Both the position numbers and the translations under genes were made by a program. Positions 35,126 to 49,195 of a DNA stretch of 64,000 nt are shown here, in pieces. The first letter of the stretch is position 1; the number at the start of each line of letters is the position of its first letter. A model generated the notes under the pieces. It did no database searches. It saw only the letters and a program-made list of their open reading frames with translations, and was not told the DNA's origin. The stretch comes from Camelus ferus (Eukaryota): contig NC_045698.1 in NCBI RefSeq assembly GCF_009834535.1, positions 11,720,001 through 11,784,000 on the forward strand, written 5' to 3'.

Positions 35126-36829
35126 TTTGTGCATGTGAGATTCCCAAGTCCCTCATCATGCCCTTGGGAACCTGGGATCCTAAGGAACCTTATATCTTGG
35201 GATGATCTCCAGCCCAGGGCCCGTTCCAGAGGCCTCCCACGTCAGAACTTCTCCTTCACAATCCCAGGGGCATTGACCTGGGAGTCAATTCCAGAGGCAG
35301 CTTCTCTCTAGAGGTACAATTGGGGGAAAAAAACAGTTCTTTCTTACTGTTGACTTTTCAGTTTCTAGCAGACCACCAGAACCCGTGTTCTCTCCCAGTC
35401 CTGTTAATTTTTTGGAGCTCAAGGTACAGTGCAATTTCTCAGCTTCATTAGCATTTACTATTAATCAATTACCAACTGCTTTGTATGTTACAGAATTTTA
35501 GGTTTTATTATGCCACTGGCATCCCCACTGGCTTTCCAATATCTTATGGATTTTCTTATATATTTCTTGTTTTATTTTAATATGGTTTGAGAAGGGAAAG
35601 TGATAACTATGCCCCTTATTATGTAAACTGGACCAGAACCAGAATTCTTTGTATAATAAGATTGCCTGTGTTCAAAGTGAGACTCCATCATTTACCAGCT
35701 CTATGACCCAGAAAAATTACTGTGCTTCAGTTTCCTCATTTGCAAAATGTAATAGAACATAGTATTGCCATATAGAGAACCTGTATAGGACACTCTATAA
35801 ATGCTAGCTGTTGTTATTATTTTGTCTGTAATGTATATTGTAAAAGTTATCTTTTACTTGTAATACTATAGGTTTATGTTTACACAGACATGGGAGTGTG
35901 TGCCCATATCTTTATGCTTTTCAATAAGAAACGCTAGCACTTACATAGTGCTTACCATGTACCTTTTAAGCACTTCACATATATTAATCTATGGTTCTGA
36001 AGGAGGAACTGCAATGGAAATTAGAAAGTATTTTGAACTGATAATGAAAACACAACCTAATAAAACTTATGGGTTGCTTTTTCCATTATGTTTCCTAATT
36101 AACCATCCCTGGTGTCTTAAAAATGTTTTAGTTTCTGTTCACTTATTTTGAATCTAGTTTCAATGCTGAACAAAGCCTCAGGCAAAGGGCTTATGAGCTA
36201 TTACTTTATTAGGAATTACCATTCCCGGAAGCAGGAATGAGGCCCAAGAGGAGTGAAGCAGGGGAGATGGGAGACCTGATGTGAGCACACACCACCAAGA
36301 CGGCTGCCTATAAGTGTGCTGGCTCAAAGCCCAGACCCGCCCCCGAGGAGCTGTGCAAACTGCACCCCCCGACAGGTCTCTGGGGGACGAAGAGGATAGG
36401 GGAGAAAGGGACATTCTTTGGAAAGGAAGGGGAAATATTTTATCTACCAGTTTCCATCTTCTTCTTTCTCTCTGGAATATTAGCTCCTCAATTCCCAGTC
36501 TTGGCTGAAATCCAACCCAGTAAGCTCACTTCTCTCCAGGAACTTGGCCCCTCAAGTCCAAGCTGCTTCAGCTGCCTCTGAGGCCTTCAAACAGAATCCT
36601 TTTTTTCAACATATCCAACTTTTCTGTTTCTTCTCATTGAGACATTAGTCTACCACAAACCCAACCAATCAGATCAGAAATGAAAACTCACCTGTTTTCC
36701 TTTGTAATTTTTTCATTGCTGTTTTTCCCTAAATAAGAGTTTTCATTTTGATTAATTCTTGACCTAAGAATCATTAAGAACTATGTTGGGCTTTGTTTTT
36801 TGTTTTTTGTTTTTTTCAGTTAAAAACAA

Positions 36830-37282
36830 ATTGCTGTGGAACAAATTCTCTAAATGACAAAATCGTTAATTCTCTTAACAACTGGGTTGAAACAATAACA
36901 TATTATCTCACCATTTCTGTGGGGCAGGAGTCTGGGCAGGACTCAGCCGAGTGTCCCTGGGTTTGTCCCAGGCTGCAATCAAGGTGTCACCCAGAACTGA
37001 ACCACCTCAGAGTGCCACTGGGAAAGGATCTGTCTCCAAGCCCACTCATGTGGTTGTTGGCAGAATCCCATTTTTCCAAAGGATATTGAAGTAAGGGTCT
37101 CAGTTCCTCCCTGCCTGTGCCCTGAGATGTCTTCAGCTCCTTGCCAGGTGGGTGGCTCAACGTGGCAGGTTTCTTCATCAACTAAGCAAGTGAGAAGAGC
37201 CCGAGGGAGAATTCAGCAAGAGGAAAGTCAATCTTTTTTGTAACCTCCTCTTGGAAGTGATATTACATCACTTTTATCGTAT
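36830..37282 (-). mobile_element. MLT1 LTR
   Basis: attatctcaccatttctgtggggcaggagtctggg...aggctgcaatcaaggtgtc...ctcatgtggttgttggcagaat. Confidence 0.8.
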
Positions 37283-37484
<202 letters not shown>

Positions 37485-37690
37485 CTATTGAAGTACAGTT
37501 GATTTATAATAGTGTATTAGTTTTAGGTGTAGTTATACACATAGTTATACACATACAGCATAGTTATACAATTATTTTTATAGGTTATACTCCATTTAAA
37601 GTATTATAAAATATGGGCTATATTCCCTATGCTGTACAGTATAACCTGGAAGCTTATTTACTTTACACGTAGCAGTTTGTGCCTCTTAAG
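37485..37690 (-). mobile_element. L1 3' end
   Basis: tattgaagtacagttgatttataat...ccatttaaagtattataaaatatgggctatattccctatgctgtacagt. Confidence 0.75.
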
Positions 37691-38879
37691 CTAGGCTTTT
37701 TCTATGTTTGAAGAATCTCCTGTGGTATTTGGAAAAGCCTGCGTACCTCTACAGAAAGTGAAAATGTCAGACACCACGGATTCACCGCTTTCCTGGTGGC
37801 TGGCCTACAGGTACATGATCTATGTGTAGTCACTGAGATGTGCCGCTGCAGACTTTGAAATAAATCAATTTATGGGAAGAAACAGTGGGGCAGCTGCATC
37901 TAAGTACCAGGCGCAGCGGTGAGGTGGAAGCACTTCAGATCGAGCATTCAGTACCTCAGCGGTCCAAGCTGTAATATCTTGACCTGATTATCTGCCTACT
38001 TCCTGGTTCCCTAGATTCTAAGCCTAATTCTCGGACTTTCTTGGAGATATTGTGAGCTACTCAATATTTTTAAGTAAATTCCTTTCTTTGTTAAATTAGC
38101 CAGAATTATTTTCTTTAGCTCGTAGTGGAGAAAACTGAGTGCTAAATTGTCCTCATCATCGTAGTATTCCATTCCTTCTTGCGTCTCCATTGAGATCAGC
38201 ATCTCACCATCTCTGCTCTTTGTCCTCTACTTTCATTTCTTTTCGTTTTTTTTTTTTAAATTTTTGCTCACCGATTTTGTATTTTTGTCCTTTCCCTGTG
38301 TACACTAAGATATTTGTGTGTGTCTTTCATCTAATGATTTATTTTTCCAATGACAATTTGACTTCTGTAATTTCATTTTTGCATCATTTTCAGTCTTCCC
38401 CATTGCAATTAAGTTACTTCTTATTTCTACCTGCCTCTCAGGTGTATCCCTATTCATGCAAGAATGGAATTTTCATCTCTTCATTGATCTCTTATTTCAC
38501 AAAATTTATCTACTCTTAAATTTTATTGAGTATGAAAGCAAATATTTCCCCAGATTAACCTCTGTTTTCAATAGTAAATTTTTACATGTAGAATTTTCCT
38601 GGAGCTTAAGTGCTATGTTCTCTTCCATTTAAGGTGCAGAATCTTTTCAAAGATCCATTGTTATGAGAATAAATTCTACTTCAGGGCATTCACTGTCACC
38701 TGGTTGCTGCTAGAATTCTTTCAGATTTCACCTAGAGAGCATGATGATATACAAACATTTTTAAAAAATTAGATTAAATCTAAACTCACGGGAAAAATAT
38801 GGTATATTCTTTATAGTGTTGACTCCCAGACAGGAAACTTCAAAAGTAGAATGTGTTGTTTATAAAATAGGTTAACATA

Positions 38880-39840
38880 TAAAAAATTCTACCATAACAT
38901 GATCAAAGTCAACTGACAAATAGCAAACTCCAAAAAAAGGCAGTATTCGAAAAAAGATTAATGTCCTTGATGCCCATAAATATATATATAATTCTTACTA
39001 CAAATTTTATTGATTTATTATCGATTATTGACAAGGAAGAAACCAATAAGCTTATAGACATGGGCAAATTTCATGAATAGATAATTCACAGGGAAGGAAA
39101 TATAAATATTTTTGAACTTATGAAAAGATAGTCATCTCAAAATAATAGAATTGCAAATGAAAGCTATAATATAATTCCATTTCTTACCTATCATCTTGGC
39201 AAAATTATGTGGCATACTGAGTGAGCAAGGGTTTGGAGAAATAGTTACATCATGCATTGTTATTGGTAGTATAATATTTGCACAGTCTTTATGAATGTTG
39301 TCAATATCTTTTAAAATCTAAAATGTGTAAACCTTTTGCCTCAGCAATTCCACTTGAGGGCTTTTCCCCTACAGATGCACTTACACATATGCTTAAAGAC
39401 ATTCTACTGGACTGTTAATTGTGACATTTTCTGCAGTAACAAAAGGTTAAAACAACTTAAATTTCCATCAATAAGAGAATGGTAAAATAAATTATAGTAC
39501 ATTATATGATGGAGTACACTGCAATGCTGAAAACACTGAGATGGCTCTGGTCATTCCAACGTAAAATAATTGCCAAGATACGTTGGAAATGGTAGGAAAG
39601 AAAACAGTGTCCTGGACAGTGTTTACATCATGTTATCACCTAGAGAAATAAAAAGGAGGCACCTACCTAAATGCTGGGTGTGCACTGAATAACTCTAAAA
39701 TGATACAAGAAACAAGTCATATTGTTGAATCTTGGGAAAAGCACTGTGGGACAAGTGGGCAAGGGTGGGATACAGCGATATTTTCACTACCTGCTTTCTG
39801 TAACATTTGATACTTGACCACACACATGATTTCAAAAATG
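38880..39840 (+). mobile_element. Old L1M (L1ME-like) 3' region
   Basis: tgggcaaatttcatgaatagataattcacag...aattgcaaatgaaagc...cagcaattccactt...ccatcaataagagaatggtaaaataaattatagtacat. Confidence 0.7.
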
Positions 39841-41084
39841 TAATAATTAAAGTCTGTATGAGCTTGCATGATCCAGTTGCCCACTTTTTATGTACAAGTG
39901 CTTCAACTGTTTTGCTTGTGTCTTTTAATGGTAAAAATCCAGGCAGGTGGAAGTTTTACTTGGGAGCCTAAGGTTCTCAGGCAATTTTATGAACCAAATA
40001 AAGGCTAATTTTTAAAAAAATAATGGAAGCAAAATTATTTGCAGAGGTATCTTGGCAATAAATTCATTCGATAGTAAAATAGCTTTGAAGAATAAGAGCT
40101 GATGTTCAAATGTTGGTCCTTTGAAATTAATATTGATTCAGAACTTGAGCAAATGACATTTAAAAAACCTGTTCAATCAAGAGGATGCAGGCCCACATGC
40201 CTCCGTATGTGTGGATTCCCAGTACACATGTGGTACCTTCTTATCTTCCTTGCAAATTATCAGGACTTTGATCTTTGCTCTGAAATTATTTCACCCGTGT
40301 TGATGATTTCATATTAAAAAAAAAAACTTGGCTTTACTTTTGCATTTTCTTTCATTTCTTCTTTTTTACCAGTTAAATTTATTATATTTTCATCTGAGTG
40401 GGTGTTTTCTCTTTATTAAGACTGCTGGACTGAGTTCATAATGTGCAGTTAATCTATAGCAGTCTTTAAAATAATATGCCAAGACTTTGAAAGGATTGGA
40501 GTTTTATGAGTAAGAGTCACTGCTTCATTTGCAAAATTGTATTTAGGGAAAAAATTAAAGGGTCTTCAAGCCATTTTTCTCTCTAATAGACTAAGAATCA
40601 ATTGAGTTAAAAAAAAAACAGACATACACACCTGTATCTAATGGTGTTGTCTTGTCCAGATATTTCAGAAATGTTTTTGCTCAAAATAAATGAATAATAA
40701 TTGTTGAAGTGGGAATTCAGATTCAGAAGGAGTTTGTTAAATCAGCCTCTTTTATGTAGGTTTAAATTTTTCACTTAAAAAAATTTTTTTTCAAAGGCTG
40801 TTTACCCAGACACCTAGATTTATAATCCCTCACTTCCCCTAACAGCACCTCCTTCTCTTCCCTCTCTTTCCCTCTTCCCTGCCCTCCCCCAAAAGAAAGA
40901 GCTGGATGAGGTCACTCTGTGAAAGATGGTTTATTCATTCAACAAATTTTTCCCAAGGACTTCTCTGTTCTAGGTTTGGTGACCACAGTGCAAACAAGAC
41001 AAAGTTCCAGACTTCACAAGGCTTAAATCCTAGAAGGGAGGGCAATAAATAAACAAAAACCATGCATAAGATCAGATAGTAATT

Positions 41085-41705
41085 CATTGGTGTACAATCA
41101 CAAAATTTAGTAACTTAAAATGACTTATTTGTTTGTGAGTCTGTGCATTGGCAATTTGGGCCAGGATCAGCTGGGAAGATTCACTTACACCAGGAGAGAT
41201 CAGTTGGGTTCATGTATGTGTGTATATATATATATTTTAATTGAAGTACAGTCAGTTACAATGGGTCAATTTCTGGTGTACAGCACAATGCCCCAGTCAT
41301 ACATATACGTACATGTATTTGTTTTCATATTCTTTTTCATTAAAGGTTATTCATGTATATATTTGTAGTTAGTTGTAGTAGATTGGCAGTTGGCTTGGAT
41401 TGTAGGCTGGGCACCTCAGTTCTCCACCACATGGCCTCTCCAGTAGACTAGCTTTGGCTGATTCAAATGATGATCTTGGAATTCTCAGCCCAGCAAGTGA
41501 AGGCAAGACCTAAAGCACAAGGAATTTTAAGTCTACGTGTGAGTCACAGACTTTGTGTAAGTTGTATAGGTTAAAATTTCCCTCTCTTAATTACACAGAG
41601 AGGGAAATCATTGCATCTATTTTTGCAGAAAAATATTCCACATATATCATGTACCAAGGATGCCAGATTCAGGCATCTGCATGCAGGTATGGACCACTGG
41701 CTACC
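41085..41705 (-). mobile_element. MLT1 LTR interrupted by a short L1 3' end (about 41218-41349)
   Basis: MLT motifs ctgggcacctcagttctccaccacatggcctctcc. L1 tail ttttaattgaagtacagtcagttaca flanked by ttcatgtat at 41209 and 41350 (TSD). Confidence 0.65.
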
Positions 41706-42809
41706 ATGATGGACTGCTTATATTTTGCTTCTACATGTCTCAAAGTACATTTATTTTTTAAAAAAAAATTTTTTTTTCTTGTCCATTGCAAAATGCTGCA
41801 TTAAACAAAGTTAAACAGCTATTATTATTATTATCATTATCATTAATATCAACATTACTCAAGTCTTCCCAGGGAGTACCAGGGAGTTTAATACACCACC
41901 ATCGAATGGGAATCCCTAAAATGGGCCATTTCCTTTGTTGCATTTCACAGACTTTTTTGACCACAAAGTATCTCCCAAGGCAGATGATACCTGACTCCAG
42001 ACAATTGTTGCCATCAAGATTGTGGGTTCAATATTTCTAGATCTTCCAGGGATTCAAAAAATGCAGGAAAGCTTCCTTGATGTGAAATTTCCTAATGTTT
42101 AGATATTGACATATTGTTCAAATATCTTTTAAAGATGCACTATAAATACATTTTTAAAAATAAGCAAAATACAACTGCAAATCAAGCATGGCTAGTTGGT
42201 GACTTTAAAGGACCAAGGTGACTCTTGGGAAAGAACTCGTGCTGATGGAAGGCAGAGTGGAAGCTCAGAGGTTTTGTGAAAGGACAAAGGCACAGATAGA
42301 CGGGAAGGACTGGCTCTGAGCACAGCACGGAGTCTGTCACTCAGGCTGATCTCAGCTCAGTACAAGGCCTCACATGAGTCCCCCTAAGGGGAGGACAATA
42401 CAAAATTGAAAACAAGCAACAAACTGTTCTTGATAACCTCCAGGGGCACCAAGAGCTCAGGGAGTGAGTATCTGTGTTGAAAACATTGGTGGCCTCAGCT
42501 CTGGACTCTCAGCTTCAATACTCTAGGCCTTGGTGTCCCAAGGAATCAGCAGGACCCTCTTCCTGATGGGTCCACTTCTCACTGATCGTTGCTTGTCAAT
42601 GGGAACAGAGATGGAGAGAGGCGATTCTCCCCCTTAACTTTCCTACTTGAAGGAAGCTTTCTCCCTGAAGCACATTAACTGTGTCCATTCTTTTTCCCCA
42701 TCTGATCTGATATATATTCAAAACTCCTGACCTTTAAGGGCATTAAAGCTACTCCTCTACGCCACCCACCCCTCCCCAGATTTCTGTTTATGCTTCCACC
42801 TCTATTGTA

Positions 42810-43610
42810 GTAAATTGTTTTTTCCAGAGCTGTGCCATCCACATGCTCTAATGCAATGTGACTTTGCCAGTCCCCCATCAACAGGTGGAGTCTATTCCTT
42901 TCCCCTTTGAATCAGACTGGCTTTGTGATTCTCTTGCAACCAATCCAATGGGAGGAAGTCACTCTGTATGACCTCAAAAGGGGCCCGCAGCTGTTGTCTG
43001 TTTCTCTTGGTTCCCTGGATCCACTGCAGGTTTTCTCAACCTCAGCGCTATTGATATTCCAAGCTGAATAATCATTTGGTGGGAGGAGTGGGAGGGGGTT
43101 GTCTTATGCATTGAGGATATTTAGCAACATCCCTGGTGTCTATGTATTAGATGACAGCAGTACCTTCTCCCCCAGTTGTAACAATCAAAACTATCTCCAG
43201 ATAATATCACCAACTGTCCCCAGGGAGGGGAAGCTCACCTCCTGCTGAGAATCTGTTCTGTAGGAAGCCAAGTAAAATTTAAGAAACTCAACTACTCAAG
43301 ACCACCATGCTGGAGACATCACATGTAGGTGTTCCAGTCCACAGTCTCAGCTGGGGCCCAGCCTCCCAGCCACCCCCACCAAGCCACTAGGTTTGTGAGT
43401 GGAGCCGTCCTGGACCCTGAGTGACCCGTCAGCCAGCTGAGTACCACTGAGTAATATCAGTCAACGTCACTAGAAGCAGAAGAATTACCCAGCTGAGCCC
43501 TGCCTGAATTCCTTGCTACAGAATCTGTGACATTTAATTTTTAAAAGACTGCCTTTTCCACCCACTGAGTTTCAGGATATTTTGTTATGTAGTACTAGTA
43601 ACTGGAGCAC
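42810..43610 (+). mobile_element. MLT1 LTR containing a nested MER20
   Basis: tgcaatgtgactttgcc...caggtggagtctatt...gaagaattacccagctgagccctgcctgaattcc...ttgttatgtagtactagtaactggagca. Confidence 0.75.
43027..43258 (-). mobile_element. MER20 (opposite orientation to the 32.2 kb copy)
   Basis: caggttttctcaacctcagcgctattgatatt...atttagcaacatccctgg...ccccagttgtaacaatcaaaa. Confidence 0.8.
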
Positions 43611-44275
43611 CTATATAGATGAAAAGTGAGGAGATATGATGGAATTTAACAAAATAAAGAAAATGGTGTTCATTGCTTGTCCTTAGATGTTTATTATAAT
43701 TTTTATAATTTTCTGTGGAGCAAACAAAGTTGCTCTCACTCATGTAACACATATTGATTGAGGACCCATGTTTGTGCCAGGAATCATGTTGGACCCTAGA
43801 GACAAGAAAACAAATATAACATTTTAAATCATTACGTCTGTGTAATTTCCTTCACGTGTCCTGTGAATCTAACCAACATTCTCACTTTTATGAGTTAATG
43901 ACCTTGACATGACCTTCACTCTTCTGTTTTTTGCCTCTGCTCATGCCAGTCTTCTTCCTGGAACTTATTCTTCCCTCTCCATTTTCTTAAATCTTGTCAG
44001 CTTTAGGGCCAAATCCAATACCACCTCCTTCACAAAACCTTATTCTATCCCTTAGGCTGAATTACTTTCATCCTTTTTTTTTTTTTTGACTTTCACTTTT
44101 TCCTCCTCCTCTCCCAAGCTTAATATTACATATTATCATCCTTACTCAGCATCTGGCTTTGCCACCTACTTCACAGAGAAAGTTGAACTCATGAACATTG
44201 AATTCTGTTGGCTTTCCAGCTTCCCAGCCCACAAACCCAACCACATCTGTGGTGCAAGCCACCCAGCCAATCTCT

Positions 44276-44780
44276 TGAATTAGTCAGGGTCCTCCAGAGA
44301 AACAGATCCAAAAAGATAGAGATAGATATGGAGAATTATTATAGGAACTGGCTCACACAGTTACGGAGGGTGAGACATTCCATGATCTGCCCTTTGCAAG
44401 CTAGAGAATCAGGAAAACCAGTGGTATAATTCAGTTCAGGTCCGAAGACCTGAGAATAGGGCAGATGGTATAAGCCCAGTCTGAGCACGCCTGAGAACCA
44501 GGAGCACCGAAGTCTGAGGGCAGGAGAAGATGGATGTCTCAGTTCAAGCACAGAGAGCAAATTCTTCTTTCCTTGGCATTTTTGTTCTAGTTGGGGCCTC
44601 GACAAATTAGATGATGCCCACCAGCATTGGTGAGGACCCTCCTCTTCTTTACTCAGTCTACTGATTCAAGTGCTCATCTCTTCCAGAGACACTCCCGCAG
44701 CCACACCAGAAATAATGTTTTACCAACTCTCTGGACATCTCTTAGGCTAGTAAAGTTGACCCCTAAAATTAACCATCACT
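44276..44780 (-). mobile_element. MLT2 (ERVL) solo LTR
   Basis: tgaattagtcagggtcctccagagaaacaga ... aagttgacccctaaaattaaccatcac; flanks tctct/cctct resemble a 5-bp TSD. Confidence 0.85.
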
Positions 44781-45039
44781 CCTCTTTAGCCACATTTTCA
44801 TAGAACAATTGAAAAATTGCCTTCAGTTGAAAGCCACTCCATCTCTCCTCTGGATCTGTGGCTCCTCACCTCTGGGATCCAGAGCCACCCTTTTCCCCAA
44901 AATTTCTCTGTCTCTGTCTCTGTCTCTCTCTTTATCTCTTTCTTTCCCTTTTGTTAGCTTCAGCTAAAAATAATAACTCGCAGCCTCTGACACTGACAAA
45001 GGGGAGACTCCTTCTGGATTCTCTCTAGCTCTATTCATT

Positions 45040-46855
45040 TTTTCTTCTCAGGGTCAACGTTCTTGAAAGAATTCTTTTCAATCACTGCCTCCACTTTTAA
45101 TCCCTAAATTATTCTTTAATCTTATATCATTTCCTACTTCCTCATCCCTATACATGGCCCTCACCCTCATCCCCATCACTCACATGTTCTACTAAAACTT
45201 CTCTGGAGAAAGTGGCCACTCACTTCATTGTCACTACACAATATCGTTATAATTGAGAGCTGCCCACTTCCTCCTGCTTCCAACTCCCTTGGCCTTTCAG
45301 GACGCTGCTCTCTCTCCCCTGCAACTCCTTCTTGGTCTTTTTGAGTTTCCAGGGGGAAGGGCTCTTCTCTCTCTCCTGCACATGGGTGAATATTCTCTTC
45401 TCTTCTCACTAGTTCCCACTTCTCTCCTCACTGGGCCACCTGAGCACTCTCGGATACTCCGGAGCTTCTTCATCGAAACAGCTCCCTATTCACTGCTTCC
45501 TGTCTCAACCACTCTGCAGAGCCCTGAACTCAGAGATTCAGCTGCCTCTTGGGCCTACCCACTTCATCGTCCCTCAGATACCTCAAATGCTACAGATTCA
45601 AGAGCAGACTCATGATCTATCTGTTTAAATACATCCCTCCTAAGGTCTCCACCTTGGGGAACAGCACCATTCTCACTGAAGCATCTGACAGAGGCGCCGC
45701 CCTTTATCAATTACCAGATCCTAAGGATTCTGCCTCCTTTAATTTAGCTCACGTCCATCTACACTGACTCTGCCTTAGCTCAGACCCTCGTCATTTCTCC
45801 CCTGGACTATTGCAGTAGCCTTTTAATTAACCCCCATCTCCAACTTTGCCCTCCCTCCAACTATTCCCTACTCCACTGCAAAATTTATCTTTCTGATAAA
45901 AACATTCAATTATCTTGGTGACATGATTAAAATCTTCCTTGAGGATAAAGTCCAAGTTCTTCAGACTTCACTACCTGGTCCCTGCTCGCCTTTCCCATTT
46001 CACTGCTTGCTGCCCTATCCCCGGCACACTGGCTGCACTGAGTGTATTTTCCGTTCCTCGAGAACATCATACACCTCCAGGTCCATGACCTGCCAGTGTG
46101 ATATTTTGCTCTATTATTTTCTCTTCATCTTTCTGGCATATCTCCTCCCACTTTACCCCTTTCTTAATTGGCTAATCTAATCAGATGAGTTGGATAAGCC
46201 AACTGTTAACAGATTAGCGCTATATTTAGAAGATGTATTTGTTAACTCAGTGTAACAATAAAAATATTACAACTTAAGTTTCTGGGTTTTTTGACTAGTA
46301 AGATGATTCAGTGTTAAAATACATCTCTCAGCTTTGTCCCCATAGAACTTAACGTTTCCAAGCAGTTTTAATAGCTGGTATCTTATTTATCTACTCACTT
46401 TTCTTCTCTCCCCACCCCCCCACTAGAAAAGATGCTCCATGAGGCCAGGGACTCAGCTGGGTTGTTGCTGTAGATCTCATGTGCCTCAAACAGTGCCCAG
46501 AGGAGGGTGGAAGTCAGTCCGTATGTGTCCATTGAAACAGTGAATAAACACTGAATCTTAACAAGCTTGGTCCAGTTGTCAACTCCTTGGGTAGCATTCC
46601 CTGATGCTGCCAAAGGGGAATAGTGTGGGATCATTTCCCTGTGACTCAGCATACCCCAGGGCTCTTCTCTGTTACAGCACTTAGAACAGTATATTGTAAG
46701 TGTCGGTAGCCCTGTCTCTCCTTCTGCCCCAGACAACCTTATCATCACCATCACCTCCTTGAGAGCGGGAGTGTCTCTCTAATGTCTGTACCTGCAGCTT
46801 TAAGCACAGTGCCAGACACACAGTAGTCGTTCAACAAATGTCTTAAGTAAATAAC
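45040..46855 (-). mobile_element. L2 fragments, including 3' tails near 46430-46555 and 46670-46855
   Basis: tcatttctcccctggactattgcagtagcct; taagcacagtgccagacacacagtagtcgttcaacaaatg. Confidence 0.65.
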
Positions 46856-48978
46856 CCCGCAGCACCTTCCAGGGCAGCATTCTACATGCACTCTTGGTCT
46901 CTTTTGCTGGCCCACAAACACTTCGAGAATAGGAACTCTTTTCCCCCCACCTTCCTCCCAGTGTCTGTTACCATGCTCTTCGCCTTCTAAACACACAATA
47001 AAAGTTGAATTTAATCACCATTAGTGTTTCATATGTTCAGATAAACCTAAATGGAGCTCATCAAAAACAACAAGATGTTCATTTTCACAACGCTGACCAG
47101 CAACGTCATGCCCGGATATTGAAACAGATGGTTAGTTGCAACTTTTATGATTATATGGAACACGTTCTTTCAAACAACAAATTGCTGTGGAACCTTTTGG
47201 CATCTAGTCCATGCTTAATAGTTTGCCTGGTTTCCATTCGGGTTTTGCACGAAGGTTTCTGCTATCTTCAGTCAGGACCTCCTAGGAAGATAATTTCTGT
47301 AGCCAGGGTACCTGACCCACCACAACCTGGATAAAATAGCCTTCAGAACAGTTTGACTCCCTCTGCTGCCACTGTGTGCTCACCAAGCTTACTCATTACT
47401 TATCTGTTGCGTGATGAGAACTAGACATTTTCCTGGTCTACCTCCTGGACAGTGTTTACTTAGCCCTGAAATTTTCTGACTCTGAATCTCTTCCTGTGAG
47501 ATTTTACATTTTTTTGGAATATGACTCCCAACCTGATACAATTAGATGCATCAACATTTGTTTGATAGTAGCTATAATTTAATTTCCTCAGTATTTGATA
47601 AACATCTTTGCACCCAGATCAAGATTTGGGAATTAAAAAAGGTTCTCATATGATTTTGAGGATAGATTGCTTTAGCTGTTGGTTAACTTTATCCAAATTT
47701 GTTTATAGTTTCTAATGTATATAAAACATGTTGCTTTTACTAATCCAAGTGTTCACATAACATATTGATTATTGTGAGAATATACATTTTAATCACAGTA
47801 AGTCACACTGTACCCAGGTTAGATTCTAAAATCAGCCTATTTGGCAAAAATCACATGTAAAAACTTATCGTTGACAGTCACCCAAGTGAGGGCAGAATTT
47901 CCGTTCCTCCCAAGTCAAACCCAGTCGAACCCAGGTCTCTTTTCACATCACCATGGATTGCTGTTTCATCATTTTCACACCAAATGAAATTGCTGGCTTG
48001 CATATAAGGGCCATTTTGTATGAATAACATATGTCTATAAAACAAGAATTATTGTCAGTAGTGTGCGATGGTCACACAACCAGAGGCTCCCAGAGTCAAC
48101 ACCAAGTTTACCTCCCATTTAACACTCACTTAAGAGCACGTGCTCCTTGGTGGACTGTCAGGCACTCACTACATGTCTTGTCTCTCACTTTCTCTCTCCA
48201 AATTAGATAACTCGTCAAAGTTAATCCTGCATAGTCTGTGTCTAGAAGTTTTCTTAACTGTGTTAAATAGCTTATTACAAACCTAACTGAAACCAAGAAT
48301 CTGTCAAGGAATCAACCCAGCTTTCCATGTCTGATCACAAGTCTGATTTCTGTTCTGGAGTTCTGAACTTCCCTTACTATGGTCATACATAAGGACAAAT
48401 CGTCTTTGTCTCTCTGTTTTACATTTTAATGAACATAAAAGACAGCCCTGACAACATCATCTCTGGTTCTATTTAGGACACTGCGTTTTCTTAAATAGCT
48501 AACTAAGAAAATAAGGCATAGCCTACAGCAGCCATGCCCCACCACCCGGCACTCCCCACCCACTCCAGTTGCTTGCACTTCTGTGCTGGTGGTACCTGGA
48601 TGGGGAGTAAGTAAAAGGTTCTGCAAAGCCACCTATCAAACACTTCTTGGCACTGGCTGCCAGGGGATCTTGCCTGAACTTGACCCTCCGCTATATGTGC
48701 CCACGGCCCCACTGGGCTGGAGTGCGGCCTCGCCTCCCCCAGCTGACCCATGGAATTCAGTCCCAGGCAGAGGGCAGCGGTATCTGAGGGAAGGTACTTG
48801 GAGAGGCGGGATGAGCGGGACATAGGGACTCAGGAGAATTGGCTCTGGGGAGGCAGGTCCGAAACCTGTCAGAAGGTGGACTCACACCTGACCCAAGGCT
48901 CCAAGCCCACGGTGCATGCTTCCTTGGCCCTTAGGCTTCATTTACAAAGCACAGATTCAAACGAATTAAGAATTAAGA

Positions 48979-49079
48979 GGGGGTGGGTAGGGCTTAGTGG
49001 TAGACCGTGTGATTGGCATGCATGAGGTCCTGGGTCCAATCCCCAGTACCTCCATTAAAATAAAAGTCATCTTTAAAAA
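48979..49079 (+). mobile_element. tRNA-derived SINE, Vic-1-like (camelid)
   Basis: A-box-like ggcttagtggtaga, B-box-like gggtccaatccc, A-rich tail; 11-bp TSD aagaattaaga at 48968-48978 and 49080-49090. Confidence 0.82.
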
Positions 49080-49084
49080 AAGAA

Positions 49085-49195
49085 TTAAGAATTTCAAGAC
49101 AGCAATTGCAGAGCAGGAAACCCCAGGCACGGGGTCTTTCTGTGTGGTGGGTCCTGTGTGGCTGCTCTGGCCACACACTGTGCAGCCTGTCCTGG
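49085..49195 (-). mobile_element. MER91-like hAT element (SINE host)
   Basis: Reverse complement ...ctctgcaattgctgtcttgaaattcttaa resembles recalled MER91A. Confidence 0.5.

Noticed and set aside
48979..49055. tRNA gene
   Set aside because: A/B boxes are degenerate, I see no intact cloverleaf, and the A-rich tail plus TSD indicate a SINE.
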